A stretch of 64,000 nucleotides of DNA, from the NCBI RefSeq assembly GCF_902713615.1, contig NC_052157.1, positions 58,168,325 through 58,232,324 of the forward strand, given 5' to 3'. The notes beneath the pieces are model-generated. The model saw only the letters and a program-made list of their open reading frames with translations. It searched no databases and was not told the origin of the DNA. The position numbers were made by a program, and so were the translations under genes. Shown here in pieces: positions 63,695-64,000 of this stretch (its first letter is position 1; every line of letters starts with the position of its first letter). Source of the DNA: Scyliorhinus canicula. Taxonomy: Eukaryota.

Positions 63695-64000
63695 TGTGTC
63701 TCACTCTTCGCTGTTTCTCACCCGTCGCTGTGTCTCACTCTTCGCTGTGTCTCACTCCTCGCTGTGTCTCACGCCTCGCTGTGTCTCACTCCTCGCTGTG
63801 TCTCACTCCTCGCTGTGTCTCACTCCTCGCTGTGTCTCACTCTTCGCTGGGTCTCACTCTTCGCTGGGTCTCACTCGTCGCTGTGTCTCACTCCTCGCTG
63901 TCTCACTCCTCGCTGTGTCTCACTCCTCGCTGTGTCTCACTCCTCGCTGTGTCTCACTCCTCGTTGTGTCTCACTCCTCGCTGTGTCTCACTCTTCGCTG
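63695..64000 (+). repeat. 17-bp minisatellite running off the window end
   Basis: GTGTCTCACTCCTCGCT units. Confidence 0.95.

Overview
Vertebrate genomic DNA, almost certainly from a cartilaginous fish. The repeat content (V-SINEs with CR1/L2 tails or poly-A, CR1, L2, Rex1, L1, Penelope, Gypsy, Gmr1-like, Harbinger-type MITEs) is shark-like. Most of the window is nested transposon debris and minisatellites. One apparently intact host gene can be assembled by hand on the minus strand (33038 to 14035, 7 coding exons, 431 aa). It is a Siglec-like (CD33/MAG-type) receptor: signal peptide, V-set with the YFFR sialic-acid arginine, two C2 domains, TM, and a tail ending in a YANV tyrosine motif. The most unusual observations are four. 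(1) A near-complete Gypsy element (3580-8280) has no tRNA PBS; instead the PBS position is complementary to its own LTR over the poly(A) signal, giving a Tf1-like self-priming geometry, and its RT motif reads YLDN. (2) A perfect 83-bp-arm palindrome is made of two back-to-back Penelope-type minimal hammerhead ribozyme motifs. (3) A decayed copy of the receptor's cytoplasmic exon sits 1 kb upstream of its start codon, where it could act as a 5' UTR exon. (4) An internal L1 fragment, bounded by AGATG microhomology, replaces the 5' half of a Gmr1-like element. There is no CRISPR array and no true tRNA/rRNA gene. Repeat-family names come from motif recognition, not database searches, and many repeat boundaries are approximate.
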